A DNA stretch of 64,000 nt from Psammoneis japonica (taxonomy: Eukaryota): the NCBI GenBank assembly GCA_008632985.1, contig QPGO01000154.1, positions 62,001-126,000 on the forward strand, given 5' to 3'. Under the pieces are notes generated by a model that was not told where the DNA came from, ran no database searches, and saw only the letters and a program-made list of their open reading frames with translations. Each line of letters begins with the position of its first letter. Position 1 is the stretch's first letter. The translations under genes were made by a program, and so were the position numbers. This document shows, in pieces, positions 59,965-64,000 of this stretch.

Positions 59965-62900
59965 CGACAATGGTGTCCGCTCATCCGACAGCGATTTGAG
60001 GTGGTTGATGGGAGCGAGGAGATGATGAACACTGGAAAGCAAGAGAGTCCATCGAACGAAACATCGAAAGCATGTCATCCTGACAATGCATTTTTCGAGT
60101 TGTTGGATTCAAGTTCAGACTCCTCTTGGTCTTGTCCCGACGACGCGGAAAGCAGGAGGTTTTCCGACGATTCTTCTTTTGATCTTGTTGATGCTCCCCC
60201 GAAAGCCAAAATCCAGTCGATCTGTCAGAGCACAGTCTTGTCGACGAGTGATTGACCTGTGGCAGCAGCGACGACGAAGAGGAAAATGAACAAAACCGCC
60301 TGCCGAAAAGGTCTCCAAACCACATCTTTTCGTCTGATTCTAAGAGCGGAGGGAGCGACACAGAAACAACGGGCACTGGTTTGAAAAGCAGTCCACACAT
60401 CAATTTGTCTGTTGAAGAGCCTCTTTTGGATTTGAGCAAAGTCGTTGTCGGCACGCCAACAAGAGCACCGACTTTCCCGAGAAACAAGGATTCACAAACG
60501 ACGCAATTTTTTCTTGACGACTCTGGCTCGGAAAGCAATGGAATGTCAAATGCACTGAGCTGCCTTGGCAAATCGCATCGACATTGATGATGATGAATCC
60601 GTTCAATGTCTCGCCGGGGCCACCTCCCATTTCTCAATTGACGACGGCTCCACATGTGGTGGAGAAGAGAAGCGGCTGCCCCACCTTCGACTGCCAAGCC
60701 AGCACCGCTCCAAACAACGACCGAACTCCATTCGGCCTGAAGTGCAAAGTTGCTCTCTGCTTCTGCATTTCAGACATCGTGAGAAGAAACCGCTCATTGC
60801 ATCAGAGTGCACGACATCGCAATGTCTGCACACATGACAAAAATGTGTTGCCACATCATGAAATCTGCTTGTCTGCACACAACGGTTTTTGTCATTTGGC
60901 CAATTGTTGATCTCCTGCTGTTCTTCATGTTTGAACACAGATGTTTTTTAATTTTTGTGCTCTGCCTTTTTCACAACAACTGACGATCTTTGACGACAAG
61001 CCAAACATTGCAACTGCATGCAATGAAATTTTCATCATGCAAAGTGTGGCCAATTGTTTGGTCAACAACTGTGCTCCAATTTGCCTGGTTGCCCGCATTG
61101 TCCGCTTCATTCCACATGTCTTGTCTGCTCTCTTGCAAGAATTTCAAATGTGCCGCTGCTGCGTTGGATGTTTCCTTGTCACCATTCCAAAAAAGCCACA
61201 CTGCATTTCTTGCATTTGGGTGAACATCATCGAGAGGAAGAGGTCCCTCGAAATGCTGAATCGTGTCGCTGCTCCCCTCTTGACGTCATGTCCTTGGCTT
61301 CTTTTTCTCTTTCTTCATTTTGCCCGTCCTGTTTTTCTCTTCCTTCCTCTCGTCTTGGTGCCGCCTGTTTTCACCGTCTCCGGCATCTTTCCATCCGAAT
61401 CCTTCTTTTTCATCGATCCCGTGCCGTCGCCTTCATCTCTTGTTGTTGTTGTTTTTTTTCTGTTGGGTGTCACTTTGTTTTGGATCCATGTTTCTGACTT
61501 CTCTCTGTGCTGTCTCCATTTCTGAGTGTTTCTTTGTGATTGTTCGCACGCGTCACTTGAAGGCACCCATGTGTTTTTCACGCACCTTGACGCACATGTA
61601 GAAATCCATGTTGTTTTCCAGTGCATGCACCCTTTCTCCTGATGCTGTTCCACACAATGTTTTCTTCCATCAACTCCACACTCCGTGTTGCCCTTTCCCG
61701 GCATGATCTCATGCAGGATTTCCCTGGGAGAAGTCACATGTGCGTCTGGTGGGTTTTTGTGTTTAAAACTCCAAATCGCACCAGGCGCGTGTGTGACTTC
61801 TCCCACACACCACTCTGGCACATTTCCACAGAAACCAGATTTTTTGGTGTTGGAACAGCAACCATGGCACCGCGTGACCTGTCGGTCACCTCTCTGTTGC
61901 AAGACAACAAACAATTCCCACCTCGAGGAGGCCGCATTTGAGTCTCTCTTTGCCAATGGTTTTGGAGTGATCAACAGCAACGAGCAGAGCCACGTCAAAG
62001 TGACAATCGAGACGGTGAAATCCAAGGTTCAGTTTCACCGCGATTCCACTTGTGACCCCTCTCCGAATTGGATTGCGCTTGCCTGTGTGTGGCAAAAGTT
62101 GAAGGGCAGACCTCATTTTTTTGCAGAGCTGATGGCTGTGAACACATTGTTGCAAAGGAACTTGGGCACAAGAGCTTGCTGCACTTTCTTTCCGCAAAAG
62201 GATGGAGTCACTCCAGTCAAGGCGCCAAACATCCTCATGTGTTGGAGCATCACCGTGCTCCCAAAGCAGAGGACATGAAAGGCATCAGCGACAAGGCAAA
62301 ATCAACAGACATTGCAACCAACATGATGGCAAAGATTTCCATGTTGCACAAGCTTCTCCATGATCCCGGATTGTGCAACCCAAAGGGAGAGCCACTTGTC
62401 AAGCACATTGAGCTGAGAAGTTTTGAAGGGAAGGTTTTGCGTCACGCACAACACCTTCACATTGGTTTTTTGATTCTTCGTGACAAGATTCTGCCGTGCG
62501 CACCTGAAAGGAATGGCGACTGCGATCATTGGCTGCACTCCCTGTTCGGCAAATGTGACGAGACATCGACTTGCATCAACTTTTTGGAGAATTTCCTGGC
62601 TCTTGGTCACTGTGAGACAACCAAAGACGAATGACCCATGTCCTTCCCTGAATTCGTAAAGTCGTTGTTCCGCCAACACAAAAATTCTTGGGAAAAGCCT
62701 GTGCGACTGGCGATGCTCGATGTCGAGCGAGAACAAATGCGCGCAACACATGTCGATGAGACTCTTTTAAGATGTGTGAAAATTGATCGTGTGGTTTCTG
62801 CCACTGACGATTCAGGCAAAAGCAAGGCTGCAAGGGATCGTTTTGAGGCCATGTGGAAAGCCAGGCTTTGTGACTTTGCCACTCAGCACAAGAAGAAAGA

Positions 62901-64000
62901 AATCGGCAATGCAATTCCATCCGTTGCGAAAAATGCTCGGAAACAAAAAAATCCAAATGGCGTGAATCCATCACATTGTTTGATTGATTGTTTGTGCTCC
63001 TCTTCTTGTCTCTAATTCTTCTGTTCTTCTTGCCACCTCTTTAGCCGCCTCCCTTTGCTCCTCAAGCCCCAGTCTCAAAAACCCCAAAGATGGCGAACCT
63101 TCTGATGTTTCTCAGAACAAATTGCTGATTCTCCAAGATGTGCCGACTCTCGAGGAACAATTTGAATGTTCCCGAACAAAGTGGCCGACCCTCGGCACAA
63201 CTCATCAGTCACCTCCTCCTCCTCCAGACAATTTCACAAAAGAAGAGCTTGTGAAAGTGTTTCCTGAACCATCTCCATTTGCGATTCTGGGTGAGGTGAA
63301 GTCACAACATTCTCACCTTGTTGTCTTTGAGGAAACCCCCATTTCCGCTTCCTTCAAGGGGAGCTGTGTCAAGCACCAGTTGTCCCACAGCATCTCCAAT
63401 TTCCACTTGGTGAATCACCTCCACAAGTTCATGCATGGATTTGAAAACGGCATGGCTCCCAATGATCCGATGCAAGAATCGATGGTTGCGGTTGCTTGCC
63501 CGACCCAGTCAACCTCTCATTTTTCCGACGTGGTCACTCATTTGTGACACACGGACAAGATGCATCAGAAGTGCTTTTTTGGATTGTGATTCAGTGTGTC
63601 ATCAATGCTCCGTGCAGTGTTGGAACATGGCAAGCCGAATGAAAAAAGGGATGGACCAGAATGCAAGTTGTGCTGTCAGATCTGTTTTGGTTGTTGTGGC
63701 CAGAATTGCGAAGTTGCAGACGGTGAGTTAGCTGAAGTGGGACCTGCTCACAAGCCTGGTGCTGTCTTTGGCAGGGACAAGTGGGAGAAGCTTCCAAAGG
63801 ATGTGCAGATGATGATGGCCTCAATCTTGGACGCCGCGCAACTCTGCGAGGACGAAATTGATCTTGTTGCTTTGAAAGAAATGCGCTCCTTCCATGACCC
63901 ACACTGCGACAGTCTTTTCGCGGCTGAGCTCCACAAGATGGTTGGAGCCAAGCACACTAGAAGGGAAGGCGAGGAAATTCAAGTGAAGTGTTGTTGCACC
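59965..64000. other. TAY-depleted (A-to-G hypermutated) block 3, CpG largely retained; relic coding sequence
   Basis: TA is nearly absent to the window end while CG stays frequent. Protein-like Tyr-free frames lie at 62068-62965. Confidence 0.85.

Noticed and set aside
61315..62025. Chromodomain-like relic on the minus strand
   Set aside because: The resemblance appears only after assuming several Cys/His-to-Tyr reversions; too weak to call.
43480..64000. A named transposon or endogenous virus
   Set aside because: I could not recognise reverse transcriptase, integrase, transposase, Rep/helicase or capsid motifs by eye. The sequence needs back-mutation and profile searches.

Overview
This is eukaryotic nuclear DNA from a diatom: it has a fucoxanthin-chlorophyll Lhc gene, signal-peptide+F plastid presequences and short GT-AG introns. 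Positions 1-36.3 kb are ordinary gene-dense sequence: EMC1, a plastid protein with two RbcX-like units, a patatin TAG lipase, centrin, MMADHC, SDH3, stromal processing peptidase, LRRC57-like, Lhc, NDUFAF3-like, SGF11, an IQ-motif membrane protein, a B3GNTL1/QTGAL-like glycosyltransferase and a NYN/PIN protein. From about 36.4 kb on, three blocks (about 36.4-39.7, 43.5-56.9 and 60.0-64.0 kb) have lost almost every TA dinucleotide except in YTAR context. Normal islands lie between them; one holds an intact 5'-nucleotidase-like gene. Internal comparisons give the rule. Repeat units converted to different degrees, two copies of one element end, and a glutathionyl-hydroquinone reductase copy with nearly all Tyr changed to Cys or His all show 5'-TAY-3' to TGY (A to G) on both strands, partly independent of CpG decay. 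This looks like a domain-restricted, RIP-like adenine hypermutation system and is the main finding. A modified-base miscalling artefact must first be excluded, because three genes carry single-base homopolymer frameshifts that suggest an imperfectly polished assembly. All of this was read by eye; no counts or database searches were run.
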